Shown: positions 1-9,680, counted from the first letter of the stretch. The stretch: DNA of 40,000 nt from Desulfovibrio sp. UIB00 (GCF_022508225.1 NZ_JAETXJ010000003.1:79556-119555); one strand, 5' to 3'. Notes: generated from the sequence alone by a model not told the origin. Program-made: numbers and translations.

Positions 1-163
1 TGATGATTTAATTGCATGAAATAACAGCATATTAATATTTATCTGTGTAACGCTGCGAGTGGTTGGCTATTTTACTGCGAAACCTGTAGTCTTGCTCCAT
101 ACAAAGCGGAGGTTGTCCTCCCCCCGAATATTCCAGTCACTCCGCAAACTGAAGGAGAACCAT

Positions 164-592
164 ATGGAAACCAGCGCAAGAAACGTTTTTTGTGGTAAAG
201 TTGTTGCCGTTAATTCTGGCGCAGTCAACGATGAAGTAGAATTGTCCGTTGAAGGCGGCATCAACATCGTTGCTTCCATTACCAAGGTGAGCACCAAGAA
301 TCTTGGTCTTAAGCCCGGCGCCAGCGCAATGGCTCTCATCAAGGCCAGCTTTGTGCTGCTGATGAACGATGCAGAAAACTACCTGCTCTCTACCCGCAAC
401 CAGTTTGCCGGTACTGTGAGCAAGGTCACCCCCGGCGCGGTCAATGCCGAGGTTATTGTTGAACTGCCCGGCGGCGCTTCCATCGCCTCCATTGTGACCA
501 TGGGCAGCATCAAGAACCTTGGCCTGGAACCCGGCAAAAAGGTTACCGCCATTGTTAAGGCCTCGCAGGTTATTCTTGCTGTAGCCAAATAG
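164..592 (+). CDS. Molybdenum-pterin-binding (Mop) protein with two tandem TOBE/Mop domains
   Basis: ORF 59..592. Preferred start is ATG 164, preceded by GAAGGAG (151-157). The protein has two internally repeated ~70-aa halves (SARN.F.G.V..V..GAVN.EV......G..I.S.....S.KNLGL.PG......KAS.V.L), typical of di-Mop/TOBE molybdate-binding proteins. Confidence 0.8.
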   Translation: METSARNVFCGKVVAVNSGAVNDEVELSVEGGINIVASITKVSTKNLGLKPGASAMALIKASFVLLMNDAENYLLSTRNQFAGTVSKVTPGAVNAEVIVELPGGASIASIVTMGSIKNLGLEPGKKVTAIVKASQVILAVAK

Positions 593-644
593 ATCGATTC
601 ATCAAGTTTAGGTTAGGGCCATTTTTACAGGCCTTGATCTGTAG

Positions 645-686
645 CGGCTCTGCTGTTTGCAATAAACGGCAGAGCCGAATTTTTTG
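645..686 (+). terminator. Rho-independent terminator after mop
   Basis: 9-bp stem cggctctgc (645-653) / gcagagccg (669-677), followed by aattttttg. Confidence 0.7.
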
Positions 687-874
687 CTCTGGCCTGCGTA
701 TATAACGTGCTGAAAGGTTATTATTTTTGAACTATTGCCGCGCCTGAGCCAAAAAAATATGACCTGACCATATAGCCTGCGGCCTCGCCTTCTGATATTT
801 GAGGCGGCGCGGGTGGCTTGCGCCGTGCCATGGCAAAGGACAGGCCCCCGTAATACTCGTACTACTGGAATTTT

Positions 875-2176
875 ATGAACAAAAAACTCGTGCGCGATTC
901 CTTTGTGGTTGGGGCGGCCTTGTTCGCCATGTTTTTTGGCGCGGGAAACGTTGTGTTTCCCCCTTACATCGGCCTGACGGCAGGAACGCAGTGGTTCACG
1001 GGTTTTTTGTGCTATTACGCGGCAGATGTGGGCCTTGCCCTGTTGACCATATACGCCTTGCTGGCTTCTTCTTGCATTGACAGAAAGGAAGGGCTTTTCC
1101 ACAGGCTTGGCGGAACTCCTGCCATGCTCATGATGCTGGCAATCATTCTGTGTATTGGGCCGTTGCTGGCTATTCCACGTACCGGGGCCACCGCCTTTGC
1201 CATTTCTTTTGCGCCGCTTGGCTACTCTTCCAAGGGGTTCAGCCTTGCAAAAGTGCTTTATTCTGCTGCTTTTTTTGGTATTTCGACCTTGCTGGCATAC
1301 CGCGAATCCAATATGGTTGACGCCATCGCCCGTTACCTTTCGCCCATCAAGATCGGCGGTTTTTTCCTGATTGTGTGCGCCGCCGTTGTGTGGCCGCTGG
1401 GAGAAATCAATCCCAACGTGCGCGATGCGAGGGTCGCCTGGAACAGCATCCTCGCCGGATACCAGACGCTTGATGTCATGGCCTCGCTGGTGTTCGGATA
1501 TATCATTGTGAATGCGCTTAAGGGCAAGGGCTATACATCCGGCAGCCAGAAGGCGCTCTCTGTTGGCTTGTCGAGCCTTGTGGCAGGCGTGCTGCTGTTC
1601 ATAATCTATGGCGGGCTGTGCTACCTTGGCGCGACAGGCTCCGGCCTGTATCCTGCTGATACGGAAAAAGGCGCGCTGGTATCCGGCCTTGTGGGCGGGC
1701 TTTTTGGCCGTGCCAGCAATGTGCTGCTGGCTGTGATCATGACTGTTTCGTGCATGGCAACGGCTGTGGGGCTGATCGGCACCACGGGCACCTTTATTTC
1801 GCAGTTCAGCAAGGGGCGCTTCAGTTACCGGGCTGTGGCCGTTACCACCGGCTTGTTCAGCATGGTGATCTCCAACGTGGGGCTCGACAGCATCATTTCC
1901 CTTGCGGCCCCGGTACTGATTTTTCTGTACCCCGGCACTCTTGCTGTTATCGTGCTTTCACTGTTTGACAAGTTCATCAAGAATGACAACATCTTCCGTT
2001 TTGCCACCGTAGGCGCTTTGCTGAGCAGCGGCCTGAGCGTGCTTGAAGATTTTGGGCTGCCCATCAAACTGACAGCCTTGCTGCCTTTTGAATCGGTGGG
2101 GCTTGGCTGGATATTGCCCTCCCTGATTTTTGGCATTGCGGGCTTTTTTGTGCGTCAGGAGAGGGGCAGGGCGTAG
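875..2176 (+). CDS. brnQ: Branched-chain amino acid transport system II carrier (LIVCS family)
   Basis: 433-aa polytopic membrane protein. The N-terminus FVVGAALFAMFFGAGNVVFPPYIGL is characteristic of BrnQ. Confidence 0.9.
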   Translation: MNKKLVRDSFVVGAALFAMFFGAGNVVFPPYIGLTAGTQWFTGFLCYYAADVGLALLTIYALLASSCIDRKEGLFHRLGGTPAMLMMLAIILCIGPLLAIPRTGATAFAISFAPLGYSSKGFSLAKVLYSAAFFGISTLLAYRESNMVDAIARYLSPIKIGGFFLIVCAAVVWPLGEINPNVRDARVAWNSILAGYQTLDVMASLVFGYIIVNALKGKGYTSGSQKALSVGLSSLVAGVLLFIIYGGLCYLGATGSGLYPADTEKGALVSGLVGGLFGRASNVLLAVIMTVSCMATAVGLIGTTGTFISQFSKGRFSYRAVAVTTGLFSMVISNVGLDSIISLAAPVLIFLYPGTLAVIVLSLFDKFIKNDNIFRFATVGALLSSGLSVLEDFGLPIKLTALLPFESVGLGWILPSLIFGIAGFFVRQERGRA

Positions 2177-2245
2177 TTTCAGGAGCTATTGCTGACTGGC
2201 GCTTTGCGCCGCGCATATTTTTTGCAGAAACAAGATCTGTGCTGG

Positions 2246-3859
2246 TTAGCCATGATCGGCAGAATGCGACGGAGCCGGCGCTCCATGGGGTGCTGTGTCG
2301 ATTTTGCCAAAGCATCTGTCGTCAATCATGATGTGCTGGGCTGTCAGCTCGTAAATCATAAAGTGCAGCAAGGCCGCGAGGTCTGCGCCATCGCGCTGGA
2401 ACTGCGCCAGCAGAATGTTGGCTCTGTCCAGCAGGCGCTGGTGGGCCTGTATGTGCGCGGGTGCATCCGGGTATTCGATCTGATTCAGGATGTGCTCCTC
2501 AAACTGAAAATGCTCTACAGTGTCTGCCAGCAGGCTTTCAACAGCAGTGCCGATTGCTTTTTTGTCAGCGCCGGAGCTATCCAGTTGCAGCAGGTTGTTG
2601 ACTGTCGCAAACAGATTGCGGTGCTGCTGATCAATCTCCTCATGCCCGCATTCGTAAGTTTCGCTCCACTGAAGGCGCAATGCGCTTGAAGGGCTGCAAA
2701 TAAAATTGCTGATGCTGCCGTCCAGATCCTCCAGCCTGACCTGATTGCGCCCGGCAAGTTTAGCTCTGTACAGGGCCAGATCTGCGCGTTGCATCCATTC
2801 GTCCACAGTGTCGGTTGCCCGGCAGGCAGCCACGCCAATACTTACTGTAACCCTTGCATCAAAAGAAAAATGTAGTTTTTCAAGGTGATGGCGGATGTGC
2901 TCCGCCAGGGTTACGGCGTCAAAAAAAGTTGATGAAGGTAAAACCACAACAAATTCTTCTCCGCCCCACCGTCCAGGCACATCAGTTGCGCGTATGTCTG
3001 TGCGCAGCAATCTGCCAAAACCTCGCAGCACTTCATCGCCAGCAAGGTGCCCGAACTGGTCATTGATGCGCTTGAAGTTGTCCAGATCCAGCATCAACAA
3101 CGTAACCGGATGCCCATAGCGGTGCATGCGCGCCATTTCCTGCTGCAATATTTCTTCAATGCGTACACGGTTCCAGCAGCCTGTCAGTCTGTCCAGCAGG
3201 GCAGCCTTGCGCAAGGCCGCATCCGAACGCTCCTTTGCCATGAGCGCAAAGCCAGTTGATACCATGATCAAGGAAATAAAGGTGACAACATAGAGTGTTA
3301 CCTGAACCGGTGTGTTCAGAAAAATGCTCATTATCTGGTCTGGGGCAATAATGGCTGTGCAAAACTTCCATGCAAGCGCAATAATTGATAACCCAATGCC
3401 AAATACCATCAGGTTCCGCCCGCGCACAGAAAAATCAAACCTGTAGCTTAGCAGTGCCTTTTGCACGAGAAAACCCTGAAATGCCAGCAAGGCATTGATC
3501 AGCAGAACGCGAAAGATGACAGCGTCAAAGAAAGCAAGCACACCAATAGTTGTTACCAGGGGTGGCCCCCAGAACAGAACTTTGTGCTTCGGATGAACTC
3601 CAAGGAAAATATGAACAGCGTGGTAAAAAATTGCGTATGAAAGAGAGAAAAAAGTGTTTGCGCAGACAATAGATAAAAAATCAGGAATAGTTCCGCGCAG
3701 AGCAAAGAGAATATAGCTTGTGGCGTGAATGCAGAGCGCCAAACCCCATTCGCGTAAACCATCGCCTGCATGACGTTCAGAAGCCGCAAGCGCAGATGCC
3801 GCAAGCGTAATACAACCGGCGACCAGCATCACGAACATTGTTGGAATATGAAATTCCAC
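2246..3859 (-). CDS. Membrane diguanylate cyclase (GGDEF) with C-terminal hemerythrin-like domain
   Basis: About 200 aa of N-terminal hydrophobic segments, then a GGDEF domain (RWGGEEFVVVLP). The C-terminal ~130 aa carry hemerythrin His/Glu/Asp spacing (GHEEIDQQH, VEHFQFEEH, HIQAHQ, AQHIMIDD). Confidence 0.85.
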   Translation of the reverse strand: MEFHIPTMFVMLVAGCITLAASALAASERHAGDGLREWGLALCIHATSYILFALRGTIPDFLSIVCANTFFSLSYAIFYHAVHIFLGVHPKHKVLFWGPPLVTTIGVLAFFDAVIFRVLLINALLAFQGFLVQKALLSYRFDFSVRGRNLMVFGIGLSIIALAWKFCTAIIAPDQIMSIFLNTPVQVTLYVVTFISLIMVSTGFALMAKERSDAALRKAALLDRLTGCWNRVRIEEILQQEMARMHRYGHPVTLLMLDLDNFKRINDQFGHLAGDEVLRGFGRLLRTDIRATDVPGRWGGEEFVVVLPSSTFFDAVTLAEHIRHHLEKLHFSFDARVTVSIGVAACRATDTVDEWMQRADLALYRAKLAGRNQVRLEDLDGSISNFICSPSSALRLQWSETYECGHEEIDQQHRNLFATVNNLLQLDSSGADKKAIGTAVESLLADTVEHFQFEEHILNQIEYPDAPAHIQAHQRLLDRANILLAQFQRDGADLAALLHFMIYELTAQHIMIDDRCFGKIDTAPHGAPAPSHSADHG

Positions 3860-4065
3860 TTTAGCTCCAAATTTACCATCTCTCGTTCAAGTGATGTGGT
3901 AAGGGTCTAGTACATTATAGTAATAAAAATATATCAACAGTCAAATTATATAATATTTTCTAAAACGGCAACAAGATTACCTGTTTACATGAGCAGTTAT
4001 TAATAGCATTTGTTAATCCTTGTGGACATGCCAAGGCGATGCTGGCCGCGCACCATTTGCAGCGT

Positions 4066-4120
4066 ATAAACTACGAGCGGAACTCCATCTAGGAGTTCCG
4101 CTCGTAGTTTATGCTTTTTT
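4066..4120. terminator. Perfect 21-bp-stem hairpin just downstream of the carbamoyltransferase gene
   Basis: ataaactacgagcggaactcc (4066-4086), a 5-nt loop, then ggagttccgctcgtagtttat (4092-4112) and gctttttt. The T-run is on the + strand although both flanking genes are on the - strand. Confidence 0.5.
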
Positions 4121-4136
4121 GCAATGCAGCAGCACG

Positions 4137-6008
4137 TCAATCGAGGGTGAAAATGGACTTGAAGTCTACATTTTCCTGCCACTCTGGCTGATTGCGCTTG
4201 TCAAAAATCATGTCGCCAAGCACAAGAAAGTCCATCTCTGTACGCATAAAGCAGGTATAGGCATCCAGGGGCGTGCAGACAATGGGTTCGCCACGCACGT
4301 TAAAGCTGGTGTTAACGACCATGGGGCAGCCCTGCTCCCGCCGGAATGTGTCTATCAGCCCCCAGTAACGGGGATTGGTGCTGCGCGAAACGCTCTGGAT
4401 GCGGGCAGACCAGTCCACATGCGTGATGGCCGGGACAGAAGAGCGTTGCAGATACAGCCTGTCGTAGAGCGGCAGCTCACGCACGTTTTCCGGCAGCGCC
4501 GTGCGGTGCTTCTGCGCCACTGGGGCGCACACAAGCATGTAGGGCGACTTGGCGTCAAGATCAAACCATTCGGCGCAGTATTCTTCAAGCACAGAGGGCG
4601 CAAAGGGGCGGAACCCCTCGCGAAACTTGATCTTGAGGTTCAGCTTTTTTTGCATTTCAGGTCTTCTGGGGTCACCCAGAATCGACCTGTCGCCCAGAGC
4701 ACGGGGGCCATATTCCATGCGGCCCTGAAACCAGCCGACCACAGCGCCGTCCGCTAGGTGCTGGGCCACCGTGGAATACAGTTCTTCAATGTTGGTGTAT
4801 TCGGTATAGGGCGCGTCAAAACGGCGCGCGACCCGCAGAACGTCGTTGCGCGAAAACTCCGGCCCAAGGTAGGAGCCTTGCATGGCATCAATACCGTTGG
4901 GGGATGGGCGCTCGTTGCCGCCCCAGATGTGCCAGGCAGCCTGTGCAGCCCCAAGCGCGCCGCCAGAGTCGCCGGAGGCGGGCTGGATCCATACATTCTT
5001 GAAAATGCCGCTGCGTATCAGCAGACCGTTGGCAACGCAGTTCAGGGCCACGCCGCCCGCCATGACAAGATTGTCGCAGCCGGTCAGCTCGCGGGCTGTG
5101 CGGGCCAGCTTGAGCACGATGTCTTCCGTCACCTGCTGGATAGCCAGCGCCAGGGCCATATACTCCTGACCGATTTCGCTCTCCGCATCGCGAGGAGGAA
5201 TACCCAGCAGCTTTTCCCACTTGTCGCGCTTGTACATGCGCAGGCCGGTGGCATAGTCAAAGTATTCCATGTTCAGCAGCAGGGAGCCGTCTTCGCGAAT
5301 ATCCACAAGGCTGTCGCAGATGGCTTTTTTGAGCCTGCCCACAAGCTCCATGTCGCCATCGCCGTACGGCGCAAGCCCCATGAGCTTGTATTCGCCCGAA
5401 TTGACCTTGAAGCCGCAGTACGCGGTAAAAGCCGTGTAGAGCAGACCCAGCGAGTGGGGGAACTGCTGCTCTTTGAGAATGCGAATACTGGCGTTTTCGC
5501 CAAGGCCAATGGTGGTGGTCGCCCATTCGCCAACGCCATCAATGGTCAGGATGGCGGCCTTGTCAAAGGGCGAAGGATAAAAGGCGCTGGCAGCGTGCGA
5601 AAGATGGTGCTCTGGAAAAAGCATCTTGGGCGAGCCGGGGCCGAGTTTGGCTATGGCCTCGCGCAGCATGGAGCGCATGAACAGCTTTTCCTTGATCCAG
5701 ACGGGAATGGCGGAAAGAAAGCTGCGCAGGCCAGCCGGGGCAAAGCCGTTGTAGGTTTCAAGCAGGCGCTCGAACTTGAGGTAGGGCTTGTCGTAAAAAG
5801 CCACAGCCTCCAGATCGGCAATATTCAGACCGCCCTCGCGCAGCACGTAGGCCGCAGCGTGACTGGGAAATCCGGAATCGTGCTTGATACGTGAAAAGCG
5901 CTCTTCGTGAGCGGCTGCCACAATTTTGCCGTCCACCAGCAGCACGGCTGCGGAGTCGTGGTAATAGGCAGAAATGCCAAGAATGGCTCTGGGCATGAAG
6001 GCTCCCAT
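4137..6008 (-). CDS. Carbamoyltransferase (NodU/CmcH/SxtI family)
   Basis: 623 aa. The N-terminus ILGISAYYHDSAAVLLVDGKIVAAAHEERFSRIKHD and overall length are typical of NodU-type O-carbamoyltransferases. An alternative start is ATG at 5996. Confidence 0.9.
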   Translation of the reverse strand: MGAFMPRAILGISAYYHDSAAVLLVDGKIVAAAHEERFSRIKHDSGFPSHAAAYVLREGGLNIADLEAVAFYDKPYLKFERLLETYNGFAPAGLRSFLSAIPVWIKEKLFMRSMLREAIAKLGPGSPKMLFPEHHLSHAASAFYPSPFDKAAILTIDGVGEWATTTIGLGENASIRILKEQQFPHSLGLLYTAFTAYCGFKVNSGEYKLMGLAPYGDGDMELVGRLKKAICDSLVDIREDGSLLLNMEYFDYATGLRMYKRDKWEKLLGIPPRDAESEIGQEYMALALAIQQVTEDIVLKLARTARELTGCDNLVMAGGVALNCVANGLLIRSGIFKNVWIQPASGDSGGALGAAQAAWHIWGGNERPSPNGIDAMQGSYLGPEFSRNDVLRVARRFDAPYTEYTNIEELYSTVAQHLADGAVVGWFQGRMEYGPRALGDRSILGDPRRPEMQKKLNLKIKFREGFRPFAPSVLEEYCAEWFDLDAKSPYMLVCAPVAQKHRTALPENVRELPLYDRLYLQRSSVPAITHVDWSARIQSVSRSTNPRYWGLIDTFRREQGCPMVVNTSFNVRGEPIVCTPLDAYTCFMRTEMDFLVLGDMIFDKRNQPEWQENVDFKSIFTLD

Positions 6009-6044
6009 ATGTCGTTGGCGCTGGGTGCGCCTGATCCGATGCTG

Positions 6045-6194
6045 TTAAAAAACAGAGTAAATAAAGGGCGCTATGGCCGAGCCGCTGGTCATCACCACAA
6101 GCACGCCAAACAGCAGCAGAACGAGCACAAGGGGAAGCAGCCAGAATTTTTTGCGCTGCATAAAAAATTGCAGCAGGTCTTTAAGAAAATCCAT
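6045..6194 (-). CDS. Small membrane protein (SxtK / DUF5989-like), 49 aa, absent from the ORF track
   Basis: Hand translation of the minus strand gives MDFLKDLLQFFMQRKKFWLLPLVLVLLLFGVLVVMTSGSAIAPFIYSVF*. AGGAG lies 6 nt upstream of ATG (6192-6194) and the stop is at 6045-6047. The family call rests on remembered annotation of small ORFs next to carbamoyltransferases. Confidence 0.7.
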   Translation of the reverse strand: MDFLKDLLQFFMQRKKFWLLPLVLVLLLFGVLVVMTSGSAIAPFIYSVF

Positions 6195-6218
6195 TGATAT
6201 CTCCTGAAGGAACAAATC

Positions 6219-6629
6219 CTAAAAAGGATGTTCCAGATCTTTTGCTTCAAAGGTGTGATCGCGCGAGACAAAGGTGGAATCCGAGCTTTTTTTCCAACCT
6301 TTGCGACGCATGGGGTCATGGCCGAAAAGGCGCATGACAAGCGCCAGCGGGGTCACAACAACAAAAAATATGACGCTCAACAGCAGACGCGACATGACGG
6401 AGCCAAGCAGCAGGGAAAGCCCCAGCCAGAGCTTTGCCACGGGCGAATACATGCGGGGCCAGATCATGCCCGCCAGCAGCAGCCCCAGAGCAAGGGGCAG
6501 CAGGGTGAGCGACTTGGTAAACATGACGGCCAACAGACATATCAATGTCATGGCCATAGCGGTATCGGCGCATTCCTTGTTGCTCACGGCAGCAGGTAAA
6601 AAGCCGAAATGTAGTTTGCGGGTTTGCAT
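6219..6629 (-). CDS. SxtJ-family small membrane protein
   Basis: 136 aa with two to three hydrophobic segments. Its ATG overlaps the stop of the upstream SGNH gene (TGATG at 6627-6631). Its position between an SGNH hydrolase and a carbamoyltransferase matches remembered sxtJ-like neighbourhoods. Confidence 0.65.
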   Translation of the reverse strand: MQTRKLHFGFLPAAVSNKECADTAMAMTLICLLAVMFTKSLTLLPLALGLLLAGMIWPRMYSPVAKLWLGLSLLLGSVMSRLLLSVIFFVVVTPLALVMRLFGHDPMRRKGWKKSSDSTFVSRDHTFEAKDLEHPF

Positions 6630-7762
6630 CAGTTTCCTCTTGCAGCAGGGGATGATTGCAGGACGGCGCGCACGTATGGCTCAAGAATGTCTGCGGCAAC
6701 AGCGTTGCCAAAGGCGTTCCAGTGCTTGTCGCAACTGAAATACAGGTCGGGGTATTTGACGCCGCGTGCAAGCATGGCAGGCATCAAGTCCACATAGGTC
6801 GCGCCGGTGCGCCCGGCCAGTTCGCGCAGCTTGCGGGCAAGGGGCGGTTCCTTGCCGTCATAGTGCTCAAAATCCTGATAGGCAGGGATGGTGAACAGAA
6901 TAACCTTGCGGTTTCCCGCTTCGGCCACAAGCTGTTCAATGGAATAGCGCATGATGTTCCATTCGTTCTCGGGCACGGAATAGTACATGGATCCGCCCGA
7001 AGGATCACCTATATTTTCAGGTGTCCAGCGGGGGACAAGCTTCATGTTTTCGATTTTGAAATCATTCAGATAAATAGCAACCCGGTACAGGCAGCTCCAT
7101 TCCAGCAGGGTGAGCTTAAAGCTTTTGGCCAAGGCCTGAACCTTAGTCGGCTGGGGCAGTTTTTTAACCGGGTAAAACAGCTTGTAGTCAGGATAATCGC
7201 CAACCAGATATGGGCGGTAATCGTCCGTGTCCTGAGTGTAGTAGAAATCCAGGCTGTTATCTTCAAAATCATTGCGGGGCAGAATGCCCAGCAGAACAAC
7301 ATCATGCTTGAACTGTTTAACCAGATGCTTGTATTGCAGCCATTCCTGAATGGTACCAAAACCGCCGGAAGTGCCAAAATTGAGCACTTCCTTGTCGGTC
7401 GACGCCTCAAGCAGGTTGGAGAGCCTAGCTTCCGAGCTGTTGCCCCATCCTTCAATAAAAGAATCGCCCAGTATAACCACGCGCGGCTGGTCTGCATCCT
7501 TGGTGCGCTCCTTGTCGCGCATGCCAAAGGCGTTAGAAGCATACTGGGCCGTAAAGCAGGGCTTTTTGTGAAAATATGTGGAAGAAGGGTGGTGCCATAC
7601 GCCAAAATGCTCGTCGCTGAACGTCCAGAACTTGCTGTTAACGTTCACCAGACTGTAAGACGGCATCTGAATATTTGTGTTTATATACTTGATGTAAAAA
7701 TAGGATGCCACCTCAAGCATGGCTACCAGCATAAACAGAAAAATCAGGAATCTTTTTAGCAT
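6629..7762 (-). CDS. SGNH/GDSL-family hydrolase or acyltransferase with N-terminal membrane anchor
   Basis: 377 aa. It has an N-terminal TM (FLIFLFMLVAMLEVASYFYI), a GDS block (VVILGDSFIEGWGN) and a C-terminal DKHWN-type block. Confidence 0.7.
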   Translation of the reverse strand: MLKRFLIFLFMLVAMLEVASYFYIKYINTNIQMPSYSLVNVNSKFWTFSDEHFGVWHHPSSTYFHKKPCFTAQYASNAFGMRDKERTKDADQPRVVILGDSFIEGWGNSSEARLSNLLEASTDKEVLNFGTSGGFGTIQEWLQYKHLVKQFKHDVVLLGILPRNDFEDNSLDFYYTQDTDDYRPYLVGDYPDYKLFYPVKKLPQPTKVQALAKSFKLTLLEWSCLYRVAIYLNDFKIENMKLVPRWTPENIGDPSGGSMYYSVPENEWNIMRYSIEQLVAEAGNRKVILFTIPAYQDFEHYDGKEPPLARKLRELAGRTGATYVDLMPAMLARGVKYPDLYFSCDKHWNAFGNAVAADILEPYVRAVLQSSPAARGN

Positions 7763-7970
7763 AAAGGAGTGGTTGAAAGAAAGTTTCGGGGTTCAGACGT
7801 GTTGGCTTCCTCACCGGAGGCGGCACCTGAACAAAAAGGGCAAAGCGCGGACATAATCAAGTAGAGCATATATGCCTGCTTTGCCAACTTTTCAAGCATG
7901 GCTTTGTGGGGGTAGAAACTCTATATCCCCTTATGGCGCGGGCTGCGGCACCTCACTATGTAATCAGAAT

Positions 7971-8022
7971 TGAAAATAACCGCACAAAAATCCGTTTTTG
8001 CAGGATTTTGTGCGGTTATTCA
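7971..8022 (-). terminator. Long hairpin downstream of prfC
   Basis: aataaccgcacaaaaatcc / ggattttgtgcggttatt arms around a gtttttgca loop, with A/T-rich flanks. Confidence 0.6.
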
Positions 8023-8060
8023 ATTTTATGCAGATGCGAACAGATGAAGTTTTTGCCCGG

Positions 8061-9680
8061 CTATCTGATTTCACGTGTGGTGTGAAAGGTTATCTGCGGC
8101 CATTCTTCAATAACCCTTGAGAGCCGCCATTCGCTGCTGGAAAGGATGGCAAGGCAGTCGTCGCCGTCGTAGGCGAGGTTTGACTGCTGGTCGGATTTAA
8201 AGGACTCCAGCGCCGCCCTGTCATTGGAGGTTATCCAGCGCGCGGCAGAAATGGGGCAGGGCTCGTACACGGCAATAACGCCGTATTCGGCCTTGAGCCG
8301 GGCAATGATAACGTCAAACTGCAGCACACCCACTGCGCCAAGAATGTGCGAGCTGTCTGTGATCGGGCGAAAAACCTGGATGGCCCCTTCTTCCGCAAGC
8401 TGTTTCAGGCCTTTGGCAAGCTGCTTGGAGCGCAGGGGGTCTGCCAGCTGCACGCGGCGAAAATGCTCGGGCGAGAAGTTGGGAATACCCGTAAACTTGA
8501 GCACCTCTGAAGTTGTGAGCGTGTCGCCGATTTTCAGGGTACCGTGGTTATGCAAACCGATAATGTCGCCGGGCCAGGCATCTTCAACGCCTTCACGGTC
8601 TTGCGCCATAAAGGTGATTGCCCGCGAAAGCTGCACCTCTTTGCCGATGCGGTGGTGCTTGACCTTCATGCCGCGCTCAAACCTGCCGGAACATATGCGC
8701 ATAAAGGCAATTCTGTCACGGTGGGCGGGGTCCATGTTTGCCTGAATCTTGAAAACAACGCCAGAAAAATCTTCTTCAAGCGGATTGACCACGCGTTCGC
8801 CCGTGGCGCATTCCGCCACGCGGGGGATGGGGCCGGGGGCAAGACGCACAAGAGTGTCGAGCAGTTCCTGAACGCCGAAATTGTTGACCGCACTGCCAAA
8901 AAACACCGGGGTCTGCTTGCCCTTGAGGTACAGTTCCTTGTCAAAAGGAAAGCCCGCGCCTTCCAGCAGGTCAATCTCGGTGCGCAGCTGCTCGGCGGCG
9001 TCTTCACCAATCAGTTCGACGAGTTGCGGATCGTTCAGTCCGTTGATGACCAGAGCTTCCTTGGGGCGGGAGGTCTTTTTTCCGTCCTCCGCAAAAAAGC
9101 GGATAGCCTGCCGCTCGATGTCATACACGCCCTGAAAGCTCTTGCCCATGCCAATGGGCCAGGTCATGGGCGCGGCCTGAATGCCCAGGGTCTGCTCAAT
9201 ATCGCTCAAGAGGTCAAAGGCATCGCGGCCTTCGCGGTCAAGCTTGTTGATAAAGGTCAAAATGGGCGTGTCGCGCATGCGGCACACTTCCATGAGCTTG
9301 CGGGTCTGCGTTTCAACGCCCTTGACCGAGTCAATGACCATGAGGGCGGAGTCCACAGCCGTGAGCACGCGGTAGGTGTCTTCTGAAAAGTCCTGGTGAC
9401 CAGGCGTATCAAGCAGATTTATGATATGGTCGGCGTAGGTGAACTTCATCACCGAGGATGAAACGGAAATACCGCGCTCGCGTTCAACTTCCATCCAGTC
9501 AGAAGTGGCATGGCGCTGGGCCTTCTTGGCTTTAACCGCGCCCGCCATCTGGATGGCTCCACCAAACAGCAGCAGCTTTTCCGTGAGGGTTGTCTTGCCT
9601 GCGTCAGGGTGGGAAATAATGCCAAAAGTGCGGCGTCTGAGCGCTTCGCGACTCATGGCCGATGATATGTTTGTTTGCAT
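8061..9680 (-). CDS. prfC: Peptide chain release factor 3 (GTPase)
   Basis: 539 aa. [33 protein letters not shown] and DTPGHQDF are G-domain motifs, and the protein matches the E. coli PrfC layout along its length. An alternative start is at 9656. Confidence 0.95.
   Translation of the reverse strand: MQTNISSAMSREALRRRTFGIISHPDAGKTTLTEKLLLFGGAIQMAGAVKAKKAQRHATSDWMEVERERGISVSSSVMKFTYADHIINLLDTPGHQDFSEDTYRVLTAVDSALMVIDSVKGVETQTRKLMEVCRMRDTPILTFINKLDREGRDAFDLLSDIEQTLGIQAAPMTWPIGMGKSFQGVYDIERQAIRFFAEDGKKTSRPKEALVINGLNDPQLVELIGEDAAEQLRTEIDLLEGAGFPFDKELYLKGKQTPVFFGSAVNNFGVQELLDTLVRLAPGPIPRVAECATGERVVNPLEEDFSGVVFKIQANMDPAHRDRIAFMRICSGRFERGMKVKHHRIGKEVQLSRAITFMAQDREGVEDAWPGDIIGLHNHGTLKIGDTLTTSEVLKFTGIPNFSPEHFRRVQLADPLRSKQLAKGLKQLAEEGAIQVFRPITDSSHILGAVGVLQFDVIIARLKAEYGVIAVYEPCPISAARWITSNDRAALESFKSDQQSNLAYDGDDCLAILSSSEWRLSRVIEEWPQITFHTTREIR

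Noticed and set aside
59-163. N-terminal extensions offered by the ORF track: mop from 59, glpK from 12575, glpF from 13572, MCPs from 15602 and 22630, DUF488 from 23597, porin from 32178, short recombinase from 29796, RexA-like from 26310.
   Set aside because: In each case an internal ATG with a good SD-like sequence matches the expected family N-terminus. The upstream residues look like translated leader sequence.
4758-5894. 378-aa plus-strand ORF. Similar long ORFs occur at 6656..7759, 8544..9386, 11100..12512, 12772..13452, 35697..36572, 36413..37417 and 39008..39937.
   Set aside because: All lie antisense to, or out of frame within, confidently recognised genes (carbamoyltransferase, SGNH, prfC, glpK, glpF, glgB, dehydrogenase, permease). 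Their Arg/Ala/Gly-rich low-complexity translations are typical of stop-codon-poor GC-rich DNA.
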